From a virus: a stretch of 42,168 bases of DNA. Every line of letters starts with the position of its first letter. The stretch's first letter is position 1. This document shows positions 23,230 to 31,164 of the stretch, piece by piece. The stretch covers positions 1 through 42,168 of the IMG/VR virus record IMGVR_UViG_3300029527_000003; one strand, given 5' to 3'. The notes beneath the pieces were generated by a model. That model had not been told where the DNA came from, did no database searches, and saw nothing but the letters and a program-made list of their open reading frames with translations. The translations under genes and the position numbers were made by a program.

Positions 23230-23541
23230 TCAGGGCGTTTCACCTCCTCCGCACAGCTCTGCCAGAGCTTTTGCATTGTCGGCGGTAATCTGCTCCGCCG
23301 TGCGGGTGTCTTCTTTTGTGTGCAGCAGGGGGAAATGCCTGGATGCAAGCCCGGAGTAAAGGGGCAGGATGCCGAGATACTGCCCGATGGCGTCGGCCAC
23401 ATAGTCCCGGAAAAGCTGCGCCTCCTGATGCCTGCGCACCTCGGCGCGGATATGCTCCATGATGTACGGCTTGCCCAGCAGCCGGAGCATATCCAGCCGG
23501 ATGGTGGATACCAGCCGCCGGTAGCCGTCCGCGCCGATCAC
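23230..23541 (-). CDS. Tail assembly chaperone, -1 frame extension (gpT-like; expressed as a G-T fusion)
   Basis: The ORF lies in the -1 frame relative to 23538..23903 and has no RBS of its own. It is reached from the slippery run at 23553-23559. Confidence 0.7.
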   Translation of the reverse strand: MIGADGYRRLVSTIRLDMLRLLGKPYIMEHIRAEVRRHQEAQLFRDYVADAIGQYLGILPLYSGLASRHFPLLHTKEDTRTAEQITADNAKALAELCGGGETP

Positions 23542-23903
23542 ATCAAGGACTGAAAAAAATCCATGAAATCTACATCCCGGAGCGCCCGGCTCATGGCAGA
23601 GGCCAGCACCCGGGTAGGCGGCTGCTCCTCGTCTTTGTCCAGCACCACGAACAGGGGCAGGATGCCGAGGGTAAGATCTGCCTTGTCCGTGTAAAGCAGC
23701 TTGGTCATGTCCACGGCGTTTTTGTTAGCCTGCGCCCGGCGCTTTTCCAGCCGCTCTGCGTCCGTCTCCGTGCCGGTCAGTTCCGGCTCGCGGCCCAGAA
23801 TGTCCATCACGCCGGAGTCTGCCACGTACTTTTTATAAGCCTGCGCACACTCATAGGTGCGCTTGAGGTATTCGGTGCCGTCGAGATCGATGATATTGCG
23901 CAT
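23538..23903 (-). CDS. Tail assembly chaperone (gpG-like)
   Basis: RBS AAGGAGGA. It lies between the major tail protein and the TMP and ends ...DFMDFFQSLM*. Confidence 0.75.
   Translation of the reverse strand: MRNIIDLDGTEYLKRTYECAQAYKKYVADSGVMDILGREPELTGTETDAERLEKRRAQANKNAVDMTKLLYTDKADLTLGILPLFVVLDKDEEQPPTRVLASAMSRALRDVDFMDFFQSLM
23553..23559 (-). other. Programmed -1 ribosomal frameshift slippery heptamer T_TTT_TTT
   Basis: Minus strand reads GAT TTT TTT CAG. A -1 slip gives FFSVLDVIGADGYRR..., continuing into the 23230..23541 ORF. Confidence 0.7.
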
Positions 23904-23912
23904 ATGTCCTCC

Positions 23913-24509
23913 TTAGTCCCCGGTCGGGGCCTTGACGATCGAGTAAAATTCCATGGGGGCCTGAGTGGGGTTTTCCAGGTCAGCGTAGCCGGTGAGAGTG
24001 ATCTGCATGGAGCCGCCGCCCCGGTGAGCCGTCTTGAGGCTCAGGCCGCCGGAAGAAAGGGCGTTGAAAATTTTGCAAACCAGAAAGCCACCGCCGATCA
24101 TAGGGCCAACCCAGTACAGCTCCCTGTAGTCCTTCAGGGCAGCCTCGATGCGGGGGACCACATGGGTGGGGTCGTCTGCATCGATGTCAGCCGTGCCGAT
24201 GGCCAGCTTGAGCACGTCGGGGCTTGCGTTGGGAGTGGTAAAGGCGATGGTGGCGGTTGTTCCGGTGACCTCATTGCCCTGCTTGGTGTTGGTGGGTGCG
24301 TTGTCGATGTCAGCCAGCGTATCCTCCATGCTGTTGCTGTAAGAGATGGTCACGCCTCCCTGCGTGGCGCATACGACATTGGTGCTGTCGATTTTGGGAG
24401 CGGAAAGATCAAATGTGGAAAGCAGATTGCCGGAGCCTTTCGGGATGCTCTTGAACGCATCCGGGGTCAGCACATTGACCGCGAATTTTTTTGCCAGAGT
24501 TTCAGGCAT
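23913..24509 (-). CDS. Major tail protein
   Basis: ATG at 24509 follows GAAAGGA. 198 aa, beta-rich, directly upstream of the chaperone pair. Confidence 0.7.
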   Translation of the reverse strand: MPETLAKKFAVNVLTPDAFKSIPKGSGNLLSTFDLSAPKIDSTNVVCATQGGVTISYSNSMEDTLADIDNAPTNTKQGNEVTGTTATIAFTTPNASPDVLKLAIGTADIDADDPTHVVPRIEAALKDYRELYWVGPMIGGGFLVCKIFNALSSGGLSLKTAHRGGGSMQITLTGYADLENPTQAPMEFYSIVKAPTGD

Positions 24510-24522
24510 AAAGGATCCTTTC

Positions 24523-24900
24523 TCACGGGATAAGCCGTGTAAGCTCAAAGTTGAGGTATTCGCACAGATAGCCCTCGGGCGGGTTGTCGAGCGGCTGCGC
24601 CCACGGTGAGCCTGTGCGCAAAAGAATAGCGCCGCCCTCGCACTCGATGGTCAAGCCATCTGCAAGGGCTGCGCTTATCTTGTCTTCGGTCTGTAAAACA
24701 GGCGCCCGGCCTTTGGCGCTCGGGTACCAAAGCCGGGCGTGGAAGGTGCCGGGCTCATTCCAGCCGCCGGGAATTGTCGGATGATAGGTCAGATACGGCA
24801 GTTCTGCGCTGGGAGGGATGTTATCTTCCAGATAGCCGGGGATGCCAAAGCCGTTAAAAAAAGCGTTCAGCGCCCGGTTGATGCTCTCAGAGGGACCCAT
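24523..24900 (-). CDS. Tail completion / tail terminator-like protein
   Basis: The ATG overlaps the upstream TGA by 1 nt. Assigned by position between the head-tail connectors and the major tail protein. Confidence 0.5.
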   Translation of the reverse strand: MGPSESINRALNAFFNGFGIPGYLEDNIPPSAELPYLTYHPTIPGGWNEPGTFHARLWYPSAKGRAPVLQTEDKISAALADGLTIECEGGAILLRTGSPWAQPLDNPPEGYLCEYLNFELTRLIP

Positions 24901-25268
24901 CACGGCAGCACCGCCTTTTTGCACTTGACGGCCCGCAGACCCATGCCGGATTCTTTCGGGGCGCTGCCCTCATCGGCTGCGCTCGTCACCTGAAAGGTCT
25001 GCCCGTCGCTCACCCGCTTGATGTAGTCCGGGAAAGCCAGCGGCACACCGGTGTTGACCAGCAGCGTATAGGTGGACGCTGTAGCCGCCTGCTCTGCAAC
25101 CTGAGCCTCCACGGTGGTGTCGTGGCGCTCTACGGCTTCAAACTCTGGGCCGTCTGTCCATCCGGAGACAAAGCCGCCCACGCCGTCCGGCTCATAGCTG
25201 CGGGTCTGAAAGCGGTATTTTTTGGTAAAGCTCTGCATCACGGTGGATGCAGCGAACGGATTGACCAT
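24900..25268 (-). CDS. Head-tail joining (head closure-like) protein
   Basis: ATG at 25268 follows GGAGGAAG. 122 aa. Assigned by position downstream of the capsid gene. Confidence 0.5.
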   Translation of the reverse strand: MVNPFAASTVMQSFTKKYRFQTRSYEPDGVGGFVSGWTDGPEFEAVERHDTTVEAQVAEQAATASTYTLLVNTGVPLAFPDYIKRVSDGQTFQVTSAADEGSAPKESGMGLRAVKCKKAVLP

Positions 25269-25269
25269 G

Positions 25270-25680
25270 TCACATCTTCCTCCACTGGTTGATCTCAGAT
25301 TTATAGCGGGTCTTGCCGTCTGCGGGAAGGCCGTCCGCGCCTGTAGCCATCGTGCCGGACCACCCGGCAAAGGACTGGGACACATACACTCCGCCGGAGG
25401 GCAGAGCCTTGTCGTATGTGTCGATTTTTTCAGCAAGCGCCACAAAGGCAGGCGGCACACGCATGGGCTGCACCGTGCCATTAAAGGTCTCGGCGGTCAG
25501 ATCTCCGTCCCCGGCCTTGTGCACGCCGTCGTTGAAGATGGAGCCGCACACGAGGAAATACTGCCCCGGCACTACCCCGGCGGGAACGGTGTCCGGCTCA
25601 AAGGCAAACTCCCCGGCAATGGGGTCGTCTGCCCGGTCAAAGAAATTGTGCGTCAGTGCGCACAGCTCAGGGACGGTCAT
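25270..25680 (-). CDS. Head-tail connector/adaptor-like protein
   Basis: First gene after the major capsid protein. 136 aa. Confidence 0.5.
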   Translation of the reverse strand: MTVPELCALTHNFFDRADDPIAGEFAFEPDTVPAGVVPGQYFLVCGSIFNDGVHKAGDGDLTAETFNGTVQPMRVPPAFVALAEKIDTYDKALPSGGVYVSQSFAGWSGTMATGADGLPADGKTRYKSEINQWRKM

Positions 25681-25700
25681 GCAAAGTCACCCCCGAATTT

Positions 25701-26726
25701 TTAACCCAGAGAAAGCATCTGGCCGATGCGGATGTTTTCCAGCTTCATGCGGCGTTCCCAGTTGGCCTTTGCACCCAGCTCGGTGTCGTTGGGGGACGCT
25801 TCGGCAACGTTGTCCACCTTGAAGCTCATGCCGTTGGGGTGAATGACACGGCCTTCTTTGGTGTACAGCTTCTGAATACCGGCCTTGCTCTCGGGGTCGT
25901 AGTCGGTGTAGTAGGGCTTCTCGTAGTTGGTCTTACGGCAGCCCACAAAAGAGCCTTCACCCAGAACATAGGTCTTGTATGCAGTCGTGGCCTTGCCGCC
26001 GTTGATGGAAGCATCGGTGATGGATGTGGAGGTGAAGACGTTGTTTACGATCACGACCATCCCGCCGATGCGTGCCAGGGGAGACGCCTGAGACAGAGCG
26101 CCCGGAGTGGTGTACTTTTCAAACTCGACGAGATTTGCTGCCTGATACTTTGCAAAGACAGTGGAATGCATGATGAGCAGGCCCCCGCTCATTGCGTGGT
26201 CGCCGAAAGCGGCCTCCTGTGCGTAGATCAGAGATTCCGTCGTAACTTTGCCATCGCCCACCTTGGTGATGTCGTAGATGTGCTTCTTGAGATCGGTGGT
26301 AGACAGCACAGCGTCCGTGATGGTCATAAGCACATTCTGCCAGACCTGCTGATAGTAGTGTGTGACCTGATTTGCGATGTGCTGCATCGGGTTTGCGCCA
26401 GTCAGCTCTTTGGTGAAGTCCTGAGATTTCCATGCCTTCATGCGCTGGATAAGCATGGTGGTCTGCTTGTTGCCAGTAACTTCAGTGGGGGTGTTGTCGG
26501 TCTTGCCGTCGTTGTTCAGGGGCTTATCCGCCGTGGCGTCCAGCTCGGTGTAGAAAGGGATGGTGGCGACGTTGCCCTTTTCACCGATCAGGCCCATGAT
26601 AGAAGGGTCGTCCTTGATAATGCCGGAAGCCTCGATGCTGGTGTCGATGGTGTTCTGCTCGGCCATGTAGTCGCCGAACACCTCAACGTCAAAGTCGAAG
26701 CCGCCAAAAGTGCCAGTCTGTGCCAT
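25701..26726 (-). CDS. Major capsid protein
   Basis: 341 aa directly after the scaffold gene. No protease lies between them. Composition is typical of a capsid protein. Confidence 0.75.
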   Translation of the reverse strand: MAQTGTFGGFDFDVEVFGDYMAEQNTIDTSIEASGIIKDDPSIMGLIGEKGNVATIPFYTELDATADKPLNNDGKTDNTPTEVTGNKQTTMLIQRMKAWKSQDFTKELTGANPMQHIANQVTHYYQQVWQNVLMTITDAVLSTTDLKKHIYDITKVGDGKVTTESLIYAQEAAFGDHAMSGGLLIMHSTVFAKYQAANLVEFEKYTTPGALSQASPLARIGGMVVIVNNVFTSTSITDASINGGKATTAYKTYVLGEGSFVGCRKTNYEKPYYTDYDPESKAGIQKLYTKEGRVIHPNGMSFKVDNVAEASPNDTELGAKANWERRMKLENIRIGQMLSLG

Positions 26727-26743
26727 ATAATAGCCTCACTTTC

Positions 26744-27334
26744 TTACTTTGCCCGGAGCTGCTGGTACAGCTCGGGGTTGCTGTTCTTGAGCTTGATGCG
26801 GTCATCAAGGCTCATCTTTTTGAAATCCTCGGGAGAAGTCCCGGCGTAACTGGTGGGCGGGGTGTCCACCTTCGCGCCGGTGGTTTTGGTGGTGGCGATC
26901 TTGCCGCCCCAAGTGGTTTTGATGCTGGAAAGCTGCTTTTCGGCGTCTTTTACCTTGCCATCGGCGTCCAGTTCCAGCCCGGCGGCGAACTCGTCGCCCT
27001 TCTTGGAGTCGTCGGCAATGTCGTCGATGTACTTTTCCAGCACGCCCGCTTGCTTGAGCAGCTGCTTAAATGCAGCGGTCTTGGCCGCCTTGCTGGCTGC
27101 TGCTGTCTGCTGGGCCTTGTAGTCGGTCAGTGCCTTTTCGGCGGCCTGCTTGCCGCCGTTGGCCTCGTCCCGCTCTTTTTCGGCTTTGGCGAGGGCTGCG
27201 TTCTTCTCATCGAGCTGGTTCTGCAAAGTGTCCGTTTCCTCATGCAGCACGTCCAGAATTTTCTTGAGCTTGCCGCCGGTGTCAGTCGTTTCATCTTCCA
27301 GAATCGCCCGGAGAGTCTTGCGTTCGAGTGCCAT
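26744..27334 (-). CDS. Scaffolding protein (GP20-like)
   Basis: Helical, charged coiled coil with a K/A-rich centre, upstream of the capsid gene. Confidence 0.7.
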   Translation of the reverse strand: MALERKTLRAILEDETTDTGGKLKKILDVLHEETDTLQNQLDEKNAALAKAEKERDEANGGKQAAEKALTDYKAQQTAAASKAAKTAAFKQLLKQAGVLEKYIDDIADDSKKGDEFAAGLELDADGKVKDAEKQLSSIKTTWGGKIATTKTTGAKVDTPPTSYAGTSPEDFKKMSLDDRIKLKNSNPELYQQLRAK

Positions 27335-27409
27335 GTGATAGTCCTTTCCGCCCTTGCTCGGGCTGCCATGCTTGGCAATAAGGTTTATTTGCCGGACGTG
27401 CTGCCGGTG

Positions 27410-27486
27410 TGGTGCCGCCTGTGGGGCTTGAACCCACGGCCCCCGGATTACAAATTCGGTGCTCTGCCAACCTGAGCTAAAGCGGC
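27410..27486 (-). tRNA. tRNA-Thr (anticodon UGU), CCA encoded
   Basis: GCCGCTT TA GCTC AGGTTGGCA GAGC A CCGAA TTTGTAA TCCGG GGGCC GTGGG TTCAAGC CCCAC AGGCGGC A CCA. There is one A:C mismatch in the anticodon stem. Confidence 0.8.
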
Positions 27487-27525
27487 ATAAAAAAGCGGCT
27501 GACGCTGTGCGCCAACCGCTGAGTA

Positions 27526-27774
27526 TTAAATTAATTTCTGAGAAGATACCATAATAACGCGATTTCCTTTTCCATACGCATTATCGCAAAGTTCCTGAAG
27601 ATGTTCTCTTGCTTTCTGCATTTCAACCAAAAGAATCCGTTCTTTTATCTCCTGCTGGTAATATGGAGAAATGTCAACGCGTGGGTCGCTGTTCCGTTCA
27701 AACATTTCTTGAATTTTTTTGATGTCTTCAAACGTAAGTCCTTCAACCGTAGCGGTGTAAACAATGTTATCCAT
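27526..27774 (-). CDS. Hypothetical protein (82 aa), AT-rich island gene 2
   Basis: The ATG overlaps the upstream stop (ATGGATAA). Sequence begins MDNIVYTATVEGLTFEDIKKIQEMFERNSDPRVDISPYYQQEIKERILLVEM... Confidence 0.55.
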   Translation of the reverse strand: MDNIVYTATVEGLTFEDIKKIQEMFERNSDPRVDISPYYQQEIKERILLVEMQKAREHLQELCDNAYGKGNRVIMVSSQKLI

Positions 27775-27985
27775 GTTTTTTATCCACCTTTTCAAAAAGC
27801 TCGTCCAACGCTTCTTTTGCAAATTTTTCTTCTTTTGCGGCTGCAATCTCCGCAAATTTGTTCATTGTAAGAAGATATGCACTCACAATTTCCAATTCTT
27901 CCTTTGAAAGGTGTTCTCTAAGAACCTTATCCACTTTTACGGCAACTTTATAGAGTTCTTTATCGTCATAGTCGAAAATGCTCAT
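27767..27985 (-). CDS. Hypothetical acidic helical protein (72 aa), AT-rich island gene 1
   Basis: RBS AAGGAGG. Sequence begins MSIFDYDDKELYKVAVKVDKVLREHLSKEELEIVSAYLLTMNKFAEIAAAKEE... Confidence 0.55.
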   Translation of the reverse strand: MSIFDYDDKELYKVAVKVDKVLREHLSKEELEIVSAYLLTMNKFAEIAAAKEEKFAKEALDELFEKVDKKHG

Positions 27986-27987
27986 GT

Positions 27988-28440
27988 TTAAGCCTCCTTG
28001 TTTCCTTCTTCCACTGCGATTTCTCGCAGCTCATCAATGTGATCTTCCACCGCCGGTCGGAGGAACGGACGGGCTTTCATGCCCCGGGTAAAGTGCCACT
28101 TGCCGTTGAAGTCTTTCCAGACCCACGGCGTTTTGCGTCCGTTGCCTTTCTCGGCAAAGATACCCGTTCCCAGCTCTACATAGACGCTGTAAAACAGGTT
28201 CGACCCGATGGTCACGGTCTTTTTTGCAAGGTCTACGGCATAGGTCAGGCTCTGCTTGAGCGCACCGCCCACGTAGCCCTCAATGCCAGTGCTGTCTGCC
28301 GTGCCGGTGGGTACAAGCAGCTGGGCGTAGTCCTGCACCTTCATGCCCCAGATGGTAAGCACCCACTCCGCCCATGAATCCAGCGCCTCATGCAGCTGCG
28401 GGGTGTTGTCGTTGAATTTTATGTCGTAGTTAAATTTCAT
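27988..28440 (-). CDS. HK97 gp10-family head-tail protein
   Basis: LVPTGTADSTG...ALKQSL...FYSVYVELGTG...ARPFLRPAVEDH matches the gp10-family pattern. Confidence 0.6.
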   Translation of the reverse strand: MKFNYDIKFNDNTPQLHEALDSWAEWVLTIWGMKVQDYAQLLVPTGTADSTGIEGYVGGALKQSLTYAVDLAKKTVTIGSNLFYSVYVELGTGIFAEKGNGRKTPWVWKDFNGKWHFTRGMKARPFLRPAVEDHIDELREIAVEEGNKEA

Positions 28441-28442
28441 GG

Positions 28443-28874
28443 TTATTTCTTACGCTTTTTTTGTTCTGCGTTGTAATTGATGCTTCTTAAAATCACCTCG
28501 CCGGAGAAGTTATATCTGCTGTCAATGACCTGTTTTGCCGGGATTTCGTTCATTTTGGAAAAGTTTTGAGCGCTGGCGCTCCGGTATTCTTTTGCAGCCG
28601 CAATCCAAGCGTCATTGTCCGCAGTAATTCTGCTTTTGAGCTCAGCCGTCATTTTTTTGTCAGGGTGATTCCGTTTGAAGTTTGCAATATCCTGTTTGCT
28701 CAGTTCTTCTGTGCGCTTGATGTTTGCATCGATCGTGTCAAAAGCGCTCTGGAGTATATCTTGCGCCCACGCAACCTGTTTTTCGCTGCCCTTAATCGGA
28801 AGCGATGCCGCGTTAAAAGCAGCTATTCCTCCGTTGCCCGCTCTCGCAGAGCTGCCCGAACCTCTTTTACTCAC
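28443..28874 (-). CDS. Hypothetical protein
   Basis: GTG start lies 7 nt after GAGGAGG. 143 aa with a G/S-rich N-terminus and a K-rich C-terminus. Confidence 0.55.
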   Translation of the reverse strand: MSKRGSGSSARAGNGGIAAFNAASLPIKGSEKQVAWAQDILQSAFDTIDANIKRTEELSKQDIANFKRNHPDKKMTAELKSRITADNDAWIAAAKEYRSASAQNFSKMNEIPAKQVIDSRYNFSGEVILRSINYNAEQKKRKK

Positions 28875-29490
28875 GGTAATGCCTCCTCTCGTATTGAAAT
28901 GGCTTGATTTTGGTCACGTTCCAGTCGAACTCCGCCGGGCATTTGCCGTACCACAAAATACCGCTTGGTTGCAGAACTTCCAGCGCCTTGCGGCAGTGTT
29001 TGGCAAAGCACTCCGCTTCGTATGGGTCAGATTGTGTGCCGTGGCTCGAAATGCTCACGATGGCGTTTCTAGGCTCACCATCAAAGCACCAGTCATAACT
29101 TTGCTCACCGCACCAGCAGAGCGTAGGAATCACATGGATACCGTGCATCTGCCAGTAAGCAGCCAACCAGTGTTTTTTGTAGTGCATAAAAATCTGCACC
29201 GCAAGCGGCATATCGATGTAAAGAGAAAAGTCCGGGGAGCACACAGCCCCAAACTGCTGCAGCAGCGGGATGTACTTATCCGGGTTGTTCCAGAACCGTT
29301 CAAACTGATAGTCGTCCTTGTAAAAATGCACGCCTTTTGTGGCCTTGTCTTTGGCCGTCAGCGCATAATTGACCGGGATCCATTCCAGCTTGTCAATGCG
29401 GATGTCCGTTTCCGGCTTGATAGCAGGGATGCCGTACTTACCCACACCGGGAAATATCATCCTCTCGGTGTTTTCCATCGGCAGAATCAC
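28867..29490 (-). CDS. DUF4417-like protein
   Basis: VHFYKDDYQFERFWNNPDKYIPLLQQFGAVCSPDFSLYIDMP...HYKKHWLAAYWQMHGIHVIPTLCW is a pattern I recall as DUF4417. Start is GTG 29490 (GTGA overlap) or ATG 29478. Confidence 0.6.
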   Translation of the reverse strand: MILPMENTERMIFPGVGKYGIPAIKPETDIRIDKLEWIPVNYALTAKDKATKGVHFYKDDYQFERFWNNPDKYIPLLQQFGAVCSPDFSLYIDMPLAVQIFMHYKKHWLAAYWQMHGIHVIPTLCWCGEQSYDWCFDGEPRNAIVSISSHGTQSDPYEAECFAKHCRKALEVLQPSGILWYGKCPAEFDWNVTKIKPFQYERRHYRE

Positions 29491-29756
29491 GGCTCTTCCC
29501 CTTCTTCCTCCTGCTCTGCCCAACGTCTTTGGATCAGCTCTCCGTTGGAACAAACCGAATCCAGTACAGCGTCAGCCTGCATATGAGCAGAAACAAGAGC
29601 TTTATCGGACATTTCCATGTGATAATAACCGGTCATGACCTCACCTTTGGCAGTAATGCCTACTACTGCAAGTTTTTTGACCTTCTCTTCTTCAATCAGC
29701 TTGAGCGCATCCATAAGCCACGGCGCATAATCGGCATCTGACATTAAGACATTCAT
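29487..29756 (-). CDS. Hypothetical acidic protein (89 aa)
   Basis: RBS GGAAGGA. The ATG overlaps the upstream stop (ATGA). Confidence 0.5.
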   Translation of the reverse strand: MNVLMSDADYAPWLMDALKLIEEEKVKKLAVVGITAKGEVMTGYYHMEMSDKALVSAHMQADAVLDSVCSNGELIQRRWAEQEEEGEEP

Positions 29757-29938
29757 TTTCTAAATCCTTCCATTGTCCTAATAAGGCGTTTGTGCGCTTC
29801 ATGCGGCTTTGCGCCATTTCCGTAGGAAGGCCGCGCGTGTTTAGGCTTAATGTAACCACACGGGGGCTTAAAATCACGGCAAAAGTTCAAGAAAAAGTCA
29901 TCGTTGATTACGACAATCCCAAACTTCTTATTTTTCAT
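29753..29938 (-). CDS. Small basic protein (61 aa)
   Basis: RBS AAAGGAGAG lies 8 nt upstream of the ATG. Confidence 0.45.
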   Translation of the reverse strand: MKNKKFGIVVINDDFFLNFCRDFKPPCGYIKPKHARPSYGNGAKPHEAHKRLIRTMEGFRK

Positions 29939-30968
29939 GCTTTGCGCTCTCCTTTCTGCGTTTTCGCTCTTTTGCCCACCACATCTGTTCGGCTTCTGTG
30001 CCGCCTTTGGCTTTGTACCACTCGGTATAGGTCAGGTCAGATGTGACAGCTTTTGTAACGTTATCCCGCCGGGCTGCGGTCTGTCTCGGGTACTTGACCA
30101 ACGCGCTGGTTAATTTGCACCGGCAGTGATAGACCATCTCCGGGGCGGCGTTGGGGTCTCCCGGGTACATGATCTCGTAGCCCTGCACCTTAAACGGCTC
30201 GTCAAGGTCTGCGGTCTCCTGATCCAGCAGGCGGTGCATCTCACGGGTGCGGTAGTCGTGGGTGGAGTTCCAGCGCTTTTTGACCTCGATGCCCAAAGCC
30301 TGGGCGTTGTGCATCTGCTGCAATGCCCCGGCGTTCTGAGCGCCTGTGAGTGCCGTGATGGCGTTATTCATGGCCCAGTGAATCTCCGTGTCTGCCATGC
30401 CGTTTACGGCCTGCACGGCGATGTCGTGGACACTCTTGCCCTGCACGATGCCCTGCATGACATAGCGGTTGAACACCCGGGCGTCATAGGTGCGGTTGCT
30501 CTCGCTCTTGATGCGCTTGTTTGGAACCAGCTTGGGGTTTTCTTTGAGCAGCAGCTTGACTGCCTCGGTGTTGTACAGGGTCAGTCCAAACGTCACGCCT
30601 GCGGCCTGTTCCAGCTCGTAAAAGGCCCAGTTTGCACCAAAGGAAAAGATGTTGTATTGCTCGTCCCGGGCCAGCTTGTAGGCCGTCTGCTGGGCTGTGG
30701 TGCAGGTCTGTGTGATGCCGTCCAGCTTGGCGTGCATCAAATCGGACTGAAAGACCTGATTTTGCAGCCAGATGCGGTAGTCGTCCTCAGTAATCTCGCC
30801 TGCGTCCAGCTGCGCCCGCTTGCGCTCGTCCAAAGCTCGGTACTTTTCCAGAAAATCGGTGAGCTGCTTTTGCATCTCCCGGCGGGCAGTTCCGTACACC
30901 CGGAGGATACGGCGGCGCAAGCGGTTCAGCTGGCGGGTAGAGATGCGGTCACGGTCGGTCTGTTTCAT
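29928..30968 (-). CDS. Head morphogenesis protein (SPP1 gp7 / Mu F family)
   Basis: Position after the portal. The C-terminal signature reads WNSTHDYRTREMHRLLDQETADLDEPF...YPGDPNAAPEMVYHCRCKL. Confidence 0.8.
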   Translation of the reverse strand: MKQTDRDRISTRQLNRLRRRILRVYGTARREMQKQLTDFLEKYRALDERKRAQLDAGEITEDDYRIWLQNQVFQSDLMHAKLDGITQTCTTAQQTAYKLARDEQYNIFSFGANWAFYELEQAAGVTFGLTLYNTEAVKLLLKENPKLVPNKRIKSESNRTYDARVFNRYVMQGIVQGKSVHDIAVQAVNGMADTEIHWAMNNAITALTGAQNAGALQQMHNAQALGIEVKKRWNSTHDYRTREMHRLLDQETADLDEPFKVQGYEIMYPGDPNAAPEMVYHCRCKLTSALVKYPRQTAARRDNVTKAVTSDLTYTEWYKAKGGTEAEQMWWAKERKRRKESAKHEK

Positions 30969-31164
30969 TTTCTTCGATCATAAATCTAACGCCACCGAGC
31001 CCACACATCGTATCAAATTTGTCTCCCTTAAATCGAAATCGGATAAAGCCAGAAGAAAGGCCACACACCTTATCGACATATCGCGGAATCTTAAAAACCG
31101 AAACGTTAATCGTTGCTTTCACTCTGCCGGATTTTGCTAAATTATCAAATTCCTGAAGGTTCAT
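30949..31164 (-). CDS. Hypothetical protein (71 aa)
   Basis: The ATG follows GAGGAGG inside the portal 3' end. AT-richer than its neighbours. Confidence 0.45.
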   Translation of the reverse strand: MNLQEFDNLAKSGRVKATINVSVFKIPRYVDKVCGLSSGFIRFRFKGDKFDTMCGLGGVRFMIEENETDRP

